From IMG/VR virus record IMGVR_UViG_3300042691_011955: a stretch of 64,000 bases of DNA. One strand, given 5' to 3'. The stretch comes from an uncultured virus (IMG/VR IMGVR_UViG_3300042691_011955) (Duplodnaviria > Heunggongvirae > Uroviricota > Caudoviricetes). Shown piece by piece: positions 54,464 to 63,908 of this stretch; within the stretch, counting starts at the first letter, position 1; each line of letters opens with the position of its first letter. A model generated the notes under the pieces. The model saw only the letters and a program-made list of their open reading frames with translations. It had not been told where the DNA came from and searched no databases. The translations under genes and the position numbers were made by a program.

Positions 54464-55258
54464 ATGAAACGTATTTTTACTCTTGCAGTTCTTGCCGCCG
54501 CAGTTCTTGCTACTGGATGTACTCGTATCGAAACTGGTGAAGTTGGTGTACGAGTTGGATTTGACAAACAGGTACAGCCAGGTGAGCTGTTGCCCGGCTC
54601 GTTCAATCAAGTGTTGATTGGTGATGTGCTAACATTTCCAATCAAGGATGTTAATGTTACACTAGAGAATATGACTCCAGTGGCCAAAGACAACTCAACA
54701 ATGAAAGACTTGGATGCTGTGGTTGTTTACAACATCAATCCACAACAAGTGTCTGAACTGTACGCTACAAAGAATAGAGCATTTCACGCAGAGTTCAAAG
54801 GCGACACCTATGTGATGTACAACTACATTGTTCAGAATGCTCGTAATGCTATCTACAAGGCCGCACGTAAGTACGAAGCACTGGATATGGCAGACAACCG
54901 CGGTGAAATGGAAAAGTTCATCCAGGAAGAAATTGTTCGAAACCTAGCAGACGAAAAGTTGGACGGCAGTATTATGATTAGCCAAGTGCTGATTCGTAAC
55001 GTTGTGCCAGCAGACAGTGTTGTTGAAAGTGCTAACGCATTGGTTCGAAGCAAGAACGAATTGAAGCAGAAGGAAGTTGAAGTTAAGACTGCTGAAGCCG
55101 AAAGCCGTAGAATGGCAGCACTAGCCAACAACTCAGGTGCAAGTATTCAGTTCATGCAGGCACAGGCCATGTTGAACATCAGTGAAGGTATTAAGAACGG
55201 ACAGGTACAGACCATTGTTGTGCCCAGTAACTTTAATGCATTAATGATGAACAAATAA
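54464..55258 (+). CDS. SPFH/prohibitin (band 7) lipoprotein
   Basis: lipobox-like ATGC, RIETGEVGVRV, coiled-coil C-terminus. Confidence 0.88.
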   Translation: MKRIFTLAVLAAAVLATGCTRIETGEVGVRVGFDKQVQPGELLPGSFNQVLIGDVLTFPIKDVNVTLENMTPVAKDNSTMKDLDAVVVYNINPQQVSELYATKNRAFHAEFKGDTYVMYNYIVQNARNAIYKAARKYEALDMADNRGEMEKFIQEEIVRNLADEKLDGSIMISQVLIRNVVPADSVVESANALVRSKNELKQKEVEVKTAEAESRRMAALANNSGASIQFMQAQAMLNISEGIKNGQVQTIVVPSNFNALMMNK

Positions 55259-55260
55259 TT

Positions 55261-55455
55261 ATGGATATGAATCAAGCGGCTGTATTTTTAGCAGGAAGTA
55301 TTTTAATAATGTTAGGATTTGTTATTGTTGTAGCAGGAACCATCGCTATAAACAATATGATCCATAAATATTGGAAACCAGTAAAGATATGGACATTTGA
55401 ATCATATCCCCCCAGCGTTATGATACAGCAGAAAGACGAAAATAAAACTACGTAA
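55261..55455 (+). CDS. small membrane protein
   Basis: single hydrophobic helix. Confidence 0.6.
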   Translation: MDMNQAAVFLAGSILIMLGFVIVVAGTIAINNMIHKYWKPVKIWTFESYPPSVMIQQKDENKTT

Positions 55456-55464
55456 TGTCTGTAT

Positions 55465-55506
55465 AAAGAAAAGGGTCTTGACGACCCTTTTCTTTTGTGC
55501 TATAAT
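55465..55506 (+). promoter_or_regulatory. terminator hairpin overlapping a sigma70 promoter
   Basis: AAAGAAAAGGGTC-TTGAC-GACCCTTTTCTTT; TTGACG(55478)-N17-TATAAT(55501). Confidence 0.75.
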
Positions 55507-55534
55507 ACACAAATAGCAACACAGAAAGAATCCT

Positions 55535-55939
55535 ATGGAATTCAAAGTCAGCGGTAGTAAACGAAATAAAAAGTTTGTAGAAGCTATTCTTCCTAGTTTG
55601 ATTACACAACTTGGTTTGGATTCAAGTCGTAAGGCTGTTATAATCCAAATTGAAGATGACGGAACAGCTAATATGGGATCAACTATTCCTGTTGACGTGT
55701 TAGACTCTTATATTGTTGTAGTTAAGCCACATCGTAATCTTAAAGAAATTGGGTTTACACTAGCACATGAAATGGTGCATGTCCGTCAAATGGCCAAGGG
55801 CATACTAAAAAGTGTCAAAAATGGTTATACGTGGGCCGGCAAGCGTTATAGCAACAAAACAAAATATTTAGATATGCCCTGGGAACAGGATGCATTTGCT
55901 CGGCAAGAAATTATTTTTCGTAGGGCGATTGAAGAATGA
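55535..55939 (+). CDS. HExxH zinc-metallopeptidase-like protein (paralog of 49312)
   Basis: LAHEMVHVRQ...MPWEQDAF. Confidence 0.75.
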   Translation: MEFKVSGSKRNKKFVEAILPSLITQLGLDSSRKAVIIQIEDDGTANMGSTIPVDVLDSYIVVVKPHRNLKEIGFTLAHEMVHVRQMAKGILKSVKNGYTWAGKRYSNKTKYLDMPWEQDAFARQEIIFRRAIEE

Positions 55940-56118
55940 ACGAACGAATTCAAGAACTTGAAATCCAATGTTGGGAGCCTCGTCAGTATGGACCTGCTTG
56001 GTTTAACTCAACAAAGTTCGCCGAGTTGATTGTTCGGGAATGTATGTCTAATTTATATCTACATGGGTATGACGATGCTAGGGCACAGATTAAACAGCAT
56101 TTTGGAGTTGAAGAATGA
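55936..56118 (+). CDS. small protein, MNERI family copy 1
   Basis: MNERI...KFAELIVREC...IKQHFG. Confidence 0.75.
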   Translation: MNERIQELEIQCWEPRQYGPAWFNSTKFAELIVRECMSNLYLHGYDDARAQIKQHFGVEE

Positions 56119-56408
56119 ATGAACGAATTAAGACCCTAGCCAAAGTCGCTGGCTACGATGAAATTAACAAAGCCGCAATGAAGTTGATAGGGTTTGACCC
56201 AGAAAAGTTCGCCGAATTGATTGTGCGAGAATGTTGTCTAGCATTGAATCCCATGTTGCGTGATATGATCAGTCGCGGGCAGGGAGTAGACATGATTAAA
56301 CTACATTTTGGAATGAATCCCAAAGAAATCACAACTGCTATGCTTGACGCCTCCATTGCACAATGCGAACAAGAATTAGTAAAAAAGAATGAACGAACAG
56401 ATGTTTGA
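56115..56408 (+). CDS. small protein, MNERI family copy 2
   Basis: MNERI...KFAELIVREC...IKLHFG. Confidence 0.75.
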   Translation: MNERIKTLAKVAGYDEINKAAMKLIGFDPEKFAELIVRECCLALNPMLRDMISRGQGVDMIKLHFGMNPKEITTAMLDASIAQCEQELVKKNERTDV

Positions 56409-56462
56409 CAAAAGAGATAACATCATTTATAATGAAACATCAGTAAACAATAAGGAACAAAA

Positions 56463-57176
56463 ATGCTTACAGTAAAAGAATGGATGGAATTAGTTGATTA
56501 TCGTATCACCGAAGGCGGGGATTACGGTTGGATGTGTTTTGGCCCAGACGCTTATAGTTTAAGTTCTTGGAATGGTGATCATGACGGCTACAGTTTTAAT
56601 ATTGTTTTTGACACTAGAACTCAAACAGTATATACTGTAGAAGTATGCGATTATAAAAACGAACGTGCATATCGTATTATCAACCCTTTGTTTAAAACCA
56701 TCCACGACAGTGAATCTGAGGATCGTGGTGTACTAGGCAATCAAGCCTGGGATGATGTTAATTGGATTGATTTGGAAGCTGACGACGACTTTATCCAAAA
56801 AGGACTTGCTATTCGTGATGGCGAAGATTACGACACTCGTGTAAGCGTTCCGTTGGACTTGCCCGATGATATGCTGTTTGATCTTATGAAGCAGGCACAT
56901 GAGCGTGACATTACACTTAATGAACTGATGGAAGATGTTATTCGCAATGCTGTTGATAATGCAAAAAAAGATCCAGATGCATTTAAGGAAAGTTTTAGCG
57001 AGTTTCATAATGCTAAACCTGCAATGATGAAATCAAAAAAAAAAGAAAAAGTAAAGCGTAAACACCTAGCATATGAACTGCTAGGCGTTATCACTGATGT
57101 TGAGGAAGGCGCAGGCTTTGACGATATATGTTTAGAAACTATTAAAAGAGTTTGCGGCGAACTACAAAATGATTGA
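56463..57176 (+). CDS. hypothetical protein with possible ribbon-helix-helix segment
   Basis: TTGACA-N17-TATAAT promoter at 56405; VSVPLDLPDDMLFDLMKQAHERDITLNELM. Confidence 0.6.
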   Translation: MLTVKEWMELVDYRITEGGDYGWMCFGPDAYSLSSWNGDHDGYSFNIVFDTRTQTVYTVEVCDYKNERAYRIINPLFKTIHDSESEDRGVLGNQAWDDVNWIDLEADDDFIQKGLAIRDGEDYDTRVSVPLDLPDDMLFDLMKQAHERDITLNELMEDVIRNAVDNAKKDPDAFKESFSEFHNAKPAMMKSKKKEKVKRKHLAYELLGVITDVEEGAGFDDICLETIKRVCGELQND

Positions 57177-57438
57177 CTTACACTTTAGCATTAGGAATCC
57201 GTGGAGCAAAAAATGGCGCAACATTCGCTGTTGGCATGGTAATACTCCTTGGGATCGCAAGCACTGGGAAGTTGAAGTCATACAAAGTGCAGATCTAATT
57301 GCTTTTACATTTTCATTAACACACAGACAGGACCATGCTGGTATTAGAATTAGTACCGCATTACTCGGATATGAAATACAAGCGACGATCTACGATTCAA
57401 GACACTGGGATGAAAAGACAGCGTCCTATCACAGTTGA
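57169..57438 (+). CDS. hypothetical protein
   Basis: 89-aa ORF. Confidence 0.6.
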   Translation: MIDLHFSIRNPWSKKWRNIRCWHGNTPWDRKHWEVEVIQSADLIAFTFSLTHRQDHAGIRISTALLGYEIQATIYDSRHWDEKTASYHS

Positions 57439-57736
57439 AGACTATCTAGCCAGCGAGGATGAACTAGTGTTCTTTTGGGATCCAAGCTCAATTAAACCGC
57501 CTGAGGATTTAATGAGCAAGGCTATACGAGTTCTTATTAGCGATCCCAAAGATCATCACGGTGTTCGAGGACTTGATATTAAAAGATGGGCTCAAGCCAA
57601 CTGCAAAACTTTCTTTTGGTATGATGTTACTGACGTAAGTGATGCAAGTTATATCACTGACGAAATTCACGCATACTATTTTATCGATGAAAAAGATGTA
57701 ACATTTTTTATGCTTCGATGGGGCGGACAGATGTGA
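57410..57736 (+). CDS. small protein of the F-x-L-[RK]-W family (start uncertain)
   Basis: ends FIDEKDVTFFMLRWGG. Confidence 0.65.
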   Translation: MKRQRPITVEDYLASEDELVFFWDPSSIKPPEDLMSKAIRVLISDPKDHHGVRGLDIKRWAQANCKTFFWYDVTDVSDASYITDEIHAYYFIDEKDVTFFMLRWGGQM

Positions 57737-57957
57737 TAGAATATCGTCATCTTGATCATGAAGTTCTAATTGATGCTCATAAACACGGACCTGCCAGTAA
57801 ATGGTGCATTGATCAGTTTGGAGCTCGATGGGAAGCTATAGGTAATCGATCTGGACGCTGGTGTCTCTTTTGGGCCGGCCGTGATGCTCCTAAAAAATAT
57901 AGGTTCTGCTTTGCTGACGAGCAAGATATGGTTTGGTTCGTATTAAGGTGGTTGTAA
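57718..57957 (+). CDS. small protein of the F-x-L-[RK]-W family
   Basis: ends FADEQDMVWFVLRWL. Confidence 0.65.
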   Translation: MGRTDVIEYRHLDHEVLIDAHKHGPASKWCIDQFGARWEAIGNRSGRWCLFWAGRDAPKKYRFCFADEQDMVWFVLRWL

Positions 57958-57959
57958 AA

Positions 57960-58346
57960 ATGAATGATATAAAAGAATTCTGTCACAAGTATGATGCATA
58001 TGTACAAGAAAGCAAGCGCATGCATCGTAGAAGTCGCCGTATTGATTATAAGATGTGGAGTGAAAGCGACCCTAACATATATCAAGCTATTCCTTACGAT
58101 GAAGTTAAGTGCGTAGAAATTCACCTGCCTGAGGATCGATTCCGTGCTCTATTAGAACATGACGAATGGTTATCAAAAGCAGGGTTACATGACAACAATT
58201 TCTTCAATAACAACGTAAGTCGAGTATCAAATCTAGTAGTACAAGCTGAACGAGAAACTCGCATACGACATGAAAATCCAAGTGTAAGAATTGCTTGGGA
58301 AAAATATCAAACATTGTTAAGATTAGTAGATAGCCATTATGATTAA
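57960..58346 (+). CDS. hypothetical protein
   Basis: ends NPSVRIAWEKYQTLL, a motif shared with the 59263 and 53820 ORFs. Confidence 0.65.
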   Translation: MNDIKEFCHKYDAYVQESKRMHRRSRRIDYKMWSESDPNIYQAIPYDEVKCVEIHLPEDRFRALLEHDEWLSKAGLHDNNFFNNNVSRVSNLVVQAERETRIRHENPSVRIAWEKYQTLLRLVDSHYD

Positions 58347-58668
58347 AGAGCGTAAATTTCTTGCCTATTGGGACTGTCTTGGATTTGAAGGAATCTGGGA
58401 CATCACTACCTACGAGCGCCAAAAGCTTCTAGCTGATCTTAAGAATACTACGGTAACTGCTCCGGTTAATCTTAACGCTATGATGCTGAGAGCTAGATAC
58501 AATCCACAACGTAGTCCTGAGATTTGGTTGTTTACTGCTACTGATACAATTAGGCAAGAAGAGTTAATGGATATTGCTCGAGACAATCCGCAGTATCTTG
58601 TGGACCTAATTCGCGAGCGAGGTACTAGTCTTTATCGTAACACACCGCAGAAACAAGTTATTACATGA
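58339..58668 (+). CDS. hypothetical protein
   Basis: 109-aa ORF; MMLRARYNPQR. Confidence 0.7.
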   Translation: MIKERKFLAYWDCLGFEGIWDITTYERQKLLADLKNTTVTAPVNLNAMMLRARYNPQRSPEIWLFTATDTIRQEELMDIARDNPQYLVDLIRERGTSLYRNTPQKQVIT

Positions 58669-59300
58669 TTAAGCTACAGGGCAAACTCCCTCGTGATATT
58701 GTACTGGCCTGTTCAGGCGGTGTAGACTCAATGGCTGCACTAGATTTCTTGCGTAGAAATCATCGTGTAACTGTGGCCTACTTTAATCATAAAACTGAGC
58801 ATGGACAAAAAGCTGGTGCTTGGCTTAGAGAACAATGCCGTACCAAGTATACTGATGTTCGATACAGAGAACACACTATTGAAGGCGAATGTCCAAAAAA
58901 TATGAGCAAAGAAGAATGGTGGCGTAATGAACGCTATGCTTGGTTCAATGGTGAAGCTTGGAAAGGCCATACTGTAGTAACTGCACACCATTTGGATGAT
59001 TGTGTAGAGACTTGGATTTGGAGTAGTATGCATGGTACAGCAAAAATTATTCCGTACACTCGGCAAAATGTAGTACGACCGTTTCGCTTAACCAGAAAGA
59101 GGGACTTCGAACTGTGGACAAATTTAAATAACATTGAGTATATAGAGGATGACAGTAATGCAAATATCTGTTATACTCGTAACTATATTAGACATGAGAT
59201 GATGCCGCATGTATTAAAAGTAAACCCAGGCATTCATAAACTTATTGCGAAGAGAGTACGAAATGAAGATTGGACTGAGTTACAGCCGATGTGTGCGTGA
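58665..59300 (+). CDS. tilS: TilS-like PP-loop ATPase (tRNA-Ile lysidine synthetase N-terminal domain)
   Basis: ACSGGVDSM, RNERY, TAHHLDDCVET, VVRP, EDDSN, TRNYIRH. Confidence 0.85.
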   Translation: MIKLQGKLPRDIVLACSGGVDSMAALDFLRRNHRVTVAYFNHKTEHGQKAGAWLREQCRTKYTDVRYREHTIEGECPKNMSKEEWWRNERYAWFNGEAWKGHTVVTAHHLDDCVETWIWSSMHGTAKIIPYTRQNVVRPFRLTRKRDFELWTNLNNIEYIEDDSNANICYTRNYIRHEMMPHVLKVNPGIHKLIAKRVRNEDWTELQPMCA

Positions 59301-59667
59301 TATTGTTGACGGAAAAGTAGACATTGACGATGTGTTGGTGTTGATCACTCGCACTGATTTTGATCCGAGAGATGCTGATCAATGGAAAGGTATCTGGGAA
59401 GGATACGGGGGCGGCCAAACTTTTGGTAACCCACTTAGTAATCCAGAATGGATGGACTATCCTGCAGAGGATGAAGATCGATTTCGTAGCGTAAGCATTG
59501 AACTTTGGGAAACTGGTAAACTGCACCAACCTCGCAAGTTTGGGTCTCACCCTCGACGATTGCCCTACTACTGGTTAGAAACGTTTGCTCCTGAAACAGA
59601 AGTTGCATCTAACCCCTCAGTACAACTCGCTTGGGAAAAATATAAACTTCTAGCAGGTCTAAGCTGA
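59263..59667 (+). CDS. hypothetical protein
   Basis: MKIGLSYSRCVRDI...GKLHQPR; start re-set. Confidence 0.7.
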   Translation: MKIGLSYSRCVRDIVDGKVDIDDVLVLITRTDFDPRDADQWKGIWEGYGGGQTFGNPLSNPEWMDYPAEDEDRFRSVSIELWETGKLHQPRKFGSHPRRLPYYWLETFAPETEVASNPSVQLAWEKYKLLAGLS

Positions 59668-60104
59668 TGCTGGTTAATGTAACACATGATTCTCACTTAG
59701 CGTATTTAAAAGATGACCCTGTACGTCCGCACATACCCGTAGAGTTTAGGATTAGAAAACCCAATCAAGTTTGGTTATTAGAAGATGATTTTAGCGGTAG
59801 TGTACATGGCGTAATCTGTGTTGCATATACACACACTGTACCTACCACAGAACAAGAGTTAATGAACTTCTGCGACAACGATGGTGATATTGTTGTGTTT
59901 TATACAGTATGGAGTTATACCAAAGGTGCAGGTCGAGACATAGTATTTGGTGTTGCGAGACATATCAAACAAACTAGAAAAGTTAGTCGGTATGTAACAT
60001 TAAGCCCTAAGACAGAAATGGCTAGAAAGTTTCACTTAGCCAACGGAGCAATAGTTTTACAAGAAAACCCAGAAAGTGTTAATTACGAATATTTGGAGAT
60101 ATAA
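59667..60104 (+). CDS. hypothetical protein, GNAT-like
   Basis: FYTVWSYTKGAGR...TLSP..EMARKFHLANGA. Confidence 0.55.
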   Translation: MLVNVTHDSHLAYLKDDPVRPHIPVEFRIRKPNQVWLLEDDFSGSVHGVICVAYTHTVPTTEQELMNFCDNDGDIVVFYTVWSYTKGAGRDIVFGVARHIKQTRKVSRYVTLSPKTEMARKFHLANGAIVLQENPESVNYEYLEI

Positions 60105-60577
60105 TGGAAGATACCAACGAGTATGAAGAATTTGCTAAACGCATGGAAGAACGTTTTCCAAAAATGTTCGAAGGCAGATATGGTGGCTTTGCTGTAGGTG
60201 CGGGTTGGTATCCTATTATCGAAGCATTGTGTGCTAACATTCAAAGTCACGCAGATTGGCGAAACGATCAACGAAAACGGCTGTTAGAAAATAACAAGTA
60301 TGTTCATCCAATACCCGAAGCAGTTCCGCAAGTAACTGTGGAACAGATTAAAGAAAAGTTTGGCGGACTACGCTTCTACTACCAAGGCGGCGACGACACT
60401 ATTGCAGGCATGGTACGTATGGCAGAAGCCTGGGCAGATGCAAGTTGCGAAGAGTGTGGTGCTCCTGGTACACAGCGTAATGGCGGATGGATTAGAACAT
60501 TGTGTGATCTGCATGAGAATGAACATCAAGAACGATTACGCAGTCAAGAAATGAAAATGTCAGGATTTGAAGAATGA
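60104..60577 (+). CDS. hypothetical phage protein with Zn-ribbon
   Basis: QIKEKFGGLRFY; CEECG...TLCDLH. Confidence 0.75.
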   Translation: MEDTNEYEEFAKRMEERFPKMFEGRYGGFAVGAGWYPIIEALCANIQSHADWRNDQRKRLLENNKYVHPIPEAVPQVTVEQIKEKFGGLRFYYQGGDDTIAGMVRMAEAWADASCEECGAPGTQRNGGWIRTLCDLHENEHQERLRSQEMKMSGFEE

Positions 60578-60810
60578 GCGGCACGCCAGCAGACAAGAGT
60601 CCTGGTATAACAGGTTTCATTGAAATCTTTGAAGGTAGGCTAGCTAAAATGAAGCTACACCTTAAAGAAGAACTAGATAAGGCCAAAAGCGACAGAGATC
60701 GTAAAAGCATACGTAGGATTACTGCTGATGCTAGAAAGCTCAACCGGACACTAAAAGAAATGCGTAATGCTACAGCTAGGCATTGCCCACATTGCGGAGA
60801 GAAAATATGA
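60574..60810 (+). CDS. small coiled-coil protein with CPHC
   Basis: 78-aa ORF, ATGA overlaps. Confidence 0.65.
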   Translation: MSGTPADKSPGITGFIEIFEGRLAKMKLHLKEELDKAKSDRDRKSIRRITADARKLNRTLKEMRNATARHCPHCGEKI

Positions 60811-61253
60811 AGCCACAAGCACCAGCAGAAGGTATTTTAAAAACTAACGACTTTGGAAATTCAAAATGGTATCACGTAGTATGCGGATGCGGACAACCAG
60901 ATCATGCTTTAACTGTAGAAGTAGAAGCAGACGAAATGGGTGTTAGTGTGAACACATATGCTACAGTTAAAACTGACTACTGGACTGAAGCAGTTAAAAA
61001 GCGTTACGATATCAATAGTCCTTGGTTGCAAGAGTGGGATTGGTTTTGGAAAGATCTAGTAAACGGTGTTGTTACTAGGCTGCGCTTAACATGGGACGTT
61101 TGGACTAAAGGTTATGTTCGTGCAGAAACTACTGTTTTAATGAGTGAACAGCAGGCAATCAATTATGCACATACATTGACAAGTGCAGTCAAAGATGTTA
61201 AACTGTTTAGAGATGAAAGTTTAAAGGAAGTACAAAATGGCTCAACACGGTAA
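60807..61253 (+). CDS. hypothetical protein
   Basis: start re-set to MKPQAP after GGAGA. Confidence 0.65.
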   Translation: MKPQAPAEGILKTNDFGNSKWYHVVCGCGQPDHALTVEVEADEMGVSVNTYATVKTDYWTEAVKKRYDINSPWLQEWDWFWKDLVNGVVTRLRLTWDVWTKGYVRAETTVLMSEQQAINYAHTLTSAVKDVKLFRDESLKEVQNGSTR

Positions 61254-62076
61254 TTATTGGAGTTGCTCAAAGTTTGCAGATTGGATTCGCGGCACCAAAA
61301 AGCTCGGCGCCGGCACAGCCGAAGAATGGGATGAGTGGACTACTCAAGCACAAATGAAACACAACTTTCGCTACTGGTTAGCCGAAGAAGCACTTGGACA
61401 CATCCAAGACTTTGTCACATGGCCTGAAAGGAAATTAAATGACATTAGATATTATATTAATAATCGTTGGGTCAGTCGCAGCCATAGCCTTACTGCTCAT
61501 GCTCGCGATATTAAGCCTGGGGATTGGTGCGATGTGGGCAATCGGTTTCTTCCTTGCCTTTTTAACGAGCTGGTGGATTTTGTTGAGATAGAGCAAGCCT
61601 GGCATCACTGCATATGGAGTGACGAAGCTAAAACTAAATTTGAAACTCCTTGGTGGCGCAAGGGATGGCTGCGTTGGAGAACTTGGCGTTGTCCAGAAGC
61701 TGGTATGGAATACTTAAAATGGGCATCAACTCTAACTAACGAAGAATGGTTAGACGAAGGTGAAAAGCACAAAGCAGAGCCTACATACCAAGCTACGGCT
61801 GCTAAAGAAATTATCGAACTTTACACCTGGTGGACTGTTACCTATCGCACTCGTCCAGACCCATACGAAGCAAGTGGCTGGAGTGCTCACTGTGATGCTA
61901 TGCGTGTAAAGTACCCTGGTAGCATGTTCTCAAGTCTTAATTCAAAAGACCCAGAAGATCGCAAGGCCAGCGACAAAGCACACAAGTTACTTACTAAGAT
62001 CGAAAAGGCTTATGAAAAGGAAGACGAAGCTATGATGATTCGTCTAATTAAAATCCGTCAATCACTTTGGACATGA
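61237..62076 (+). CDS. hypothetical Trp-rich protein
   Basis: 279-aa ORF, AAGGA SD. Confidence 0.75.
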   Translation: MAQHGNYWSCSKFADWIRGTKKLGAGTAEEWDEWTTQAQMKHNFRYWLAEEALGHIQDFVTWPERKLNDIRYYINNRWVSRSHSLTAHARDIKPGDWCDVGNRFLPCLFNELVDFVEIEQAWHHCIWSDEAKTKFETPWWRKGWLRWRTWRCPEAGMEYLKWASTLTNEEWLDEGEKHKAEPTYQATAAKEIIELYTWWTVTYRTRPDPYEASGWSAHCDAMRVKYPGSMFSSLNSKDPEDRKASDKAHKLLTKIEKAYEKEDEAMMIRLIKIRQSLWT

Positions 62077-62831
62077 ATATGACATCAGTAACACAGCTTG
62101 GACAGATACTAGCACAAATTAAACCAGCGCAATACACCTGGTTAGATGATTTTGAAGTTAAGACTGAAGATCAAGAAAAGACGTTTGATGCACCATTCGA
62201 TGTGTTAGCCTCTATTATTTCTGCTATTGACGCAGACGCACCACTTTGGGAAATTGGAGAAGCTTGGAAATCTCTTAAGTATTCGAAAGGATTCGATGGC
62301 CTAAAGGTAACTGCTCCTAACGATTTTCAAATTCAGCGAGCAAATCAGATTCGCAAGTATTACAGGAATAAACTTACTATTCTAGCATTGAAGTCGCAGA
62401 GTATGAGTAACTTTAGAGTAGATCTGCAAGAGCTGTTAAGCATGGATCCAACAAAATTAAAATTAAAGTTTTTGCCTATGATGATTCGCTTGCCTTCTTT
62501 TTATAAAGAAGATACTATAATAGATAATCTAAAGAAAACTACAGTAGTGCCCATGCATAATCGTGCTCGACCCGAAAAGGAATCTAGGACATTGACATTT
62601 GTAGATAAGATTCATCGCAAAACTAAAAATCAAGATCTAAATTGGTACTGGTTTGTAAATGAACAAAATGTACTGCATCGTTTGAGCGTAGACGGCAAAA
62701 ACAAACTAAGTCATATTCTTGAAAAGTTTCTAGATAAACCTGTAACCATTGAGGCAAATTATCCTGTTCAGACTGTGCGAGGAACTGATCTTAGTTTCTT
62801 CAGTGTTGAAGGTGACTGGAAATTGTTATGA
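62067..62831 (+). CDS. hypothetical protein
   Basis: 254-aa ORF. Confidence 0.7.
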   Translation: MDMNMTSVTQLGQILAQIKPAQYTWLDDFEVKTEDQEKTFDAPFDVLASIISAIDADAPLWEIGEAWKSLKYSKGFDGLKVTAPNDFQIQRANQIRKYYRNKLTILALKSQSMSNFRVDLQELLSMDPTKLKLKFLPMMIRLPSFYKEDTIIDNLKKTTVVPMHNRARPEKESRTLTFVDKIHRKTKNQDLNWYWFVNEQNVLHRLSVDGKNKLSHILEKFLDKPVTIEANYPVQTVRGTDLSFFSVEGDWKLL

Positions 62832-63049
62832 ATCGAGATGTAAGAACTCTAGTAGATCTTGCTATGGAAGTTGAAATGGAAGATCCTATTGACTGGGGCA
62901 TGTTAGCTATTAGTGAACATGATGCTTATGAACTTATGGCTTCCCATGTACTTGAGATGAATAATGATAACTTGACAAACAAGGCTATTATTGTTAAACT
63001 ACTAGTAGAGAATTTTGTACTAAATCTCAAACTAATGGAATTAAGATAA
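62828..63049 (+). CDS. hypothetical protein
   Basis: 73-aa ORF. Confidence 0.65.
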   Translation: MNRDVRTLVDLAMEVEMEDPIDWGMLAISEHDAYELMASHVLEMNNDNLTNKAIIVKLLVENFVLNLKLMELR

Positions 63050-63291
63050 TGACAGTTAAAAAAACATACGCAGATACTGTTGATCTGCACTGCACGGATA
63101 AAAATGAAATAGTGCCAGCTGAAATCCTAGAATTTCGCCCAGGCATGCTTATTAGTGTAAGTATACAAAGAAAAATTAAAATGATACTTAAATTTAATCA
63201 TCGAGGCAATAACTATGTTGGCTCGATGGCAGGTCTTGAGTTTACTACTGCTGGCCCAAAAGAAACTATTACTTACGAAGGAAGAAGATAA
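63049..63291 (+). CDS. hypothetical protein
   Basis: 80-aa ORF, TAATG coupling on both sides. Confidence 0.7.
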   Translation: MTVKKTYADTVDLHCTDKNEIVPAEILEFRPGMLISVSIQRKIKMILKFNHRGNNYVGSMAGLEFTTAGPKETITYEGRR

Positions 63292-63908
63292 TGCCACTAA
63301 TCCCAATGGTTGTTGAACAAGAGACTCGCGGCGAGCGTTCATATGATATTTACAGCCGCTTGCTCAAAGATCGAATTGTTATGCTCAACGGCCCTGTAGA
63401 AGATAATATGGCTAATGTAATTGTAGCACAGTTATTATTTTTAGAAGCAGAGAATCCAGACAAAGACATTAACCTATATATTAATTCGCCTGGCGGTGCA
63501 GTTACCGCAGGACTAGCTATCTACGACACAATGCAGTACATCAAATGTGATATTCGTACTATTGTCATGGGTCAGGCATGTTCAATGGGCTCGTTCCTAG
63601 CACAAGCAGGCACGGCAGGTAAGCGAGTAGTACTGCCTGAAAGCCGTACTATGATACATCGAGTTAGTTCAGGTACTCCTGGAACACGTGGTTCAGTTCA
63701 TGTACAAGAACTTCAATTTGAAGATGCTATTCGTTCAATGGAAGAAAGTAAAAAACTCAACAAGCGATTAACCGAGCTGTATGTCAAACACAACACCAAA
63801 GGCAAACAATACGATGAGCTTTTTGAAACAATGAAATTTGATACTTTCTTAAATGCACAAGAAGCGGTTGATTACGGTTTAGCAGATAAAGTTGTAGAGA
63901 AACGATAA
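63291..63908 (+). CDS. clpP: ATP-dependent Clp protease proteolytic subunit
   Basis: [35 protein letters not shown]. Confidence 0.97.
   Translation: MPLIPMVVEQETRGERSYDIYSRLLKDRIVMLNGPVEDNMANVIVAQLLFLEAENPDKDINLYINSPGGAVTAGLAIYDTMQYIKCDIRTIVMGQACSMGSFLAQAGTAGKRVVLPESRTMIHRVSSGTPGTRGSVHVQELQFEDAIRSMEESKKLNKRLTELYVKHNTKGKQYDELFETMKFDTFLNAQEAVDYGLADKVVEKR

Noticed and set aside
57035..57044. Second frameshift at the 10-A run in ORF 56463
   Set aside because: The frame reads through and no orphan downstream frame needs it; a homopolymer error or gene fusion cannot be excluded
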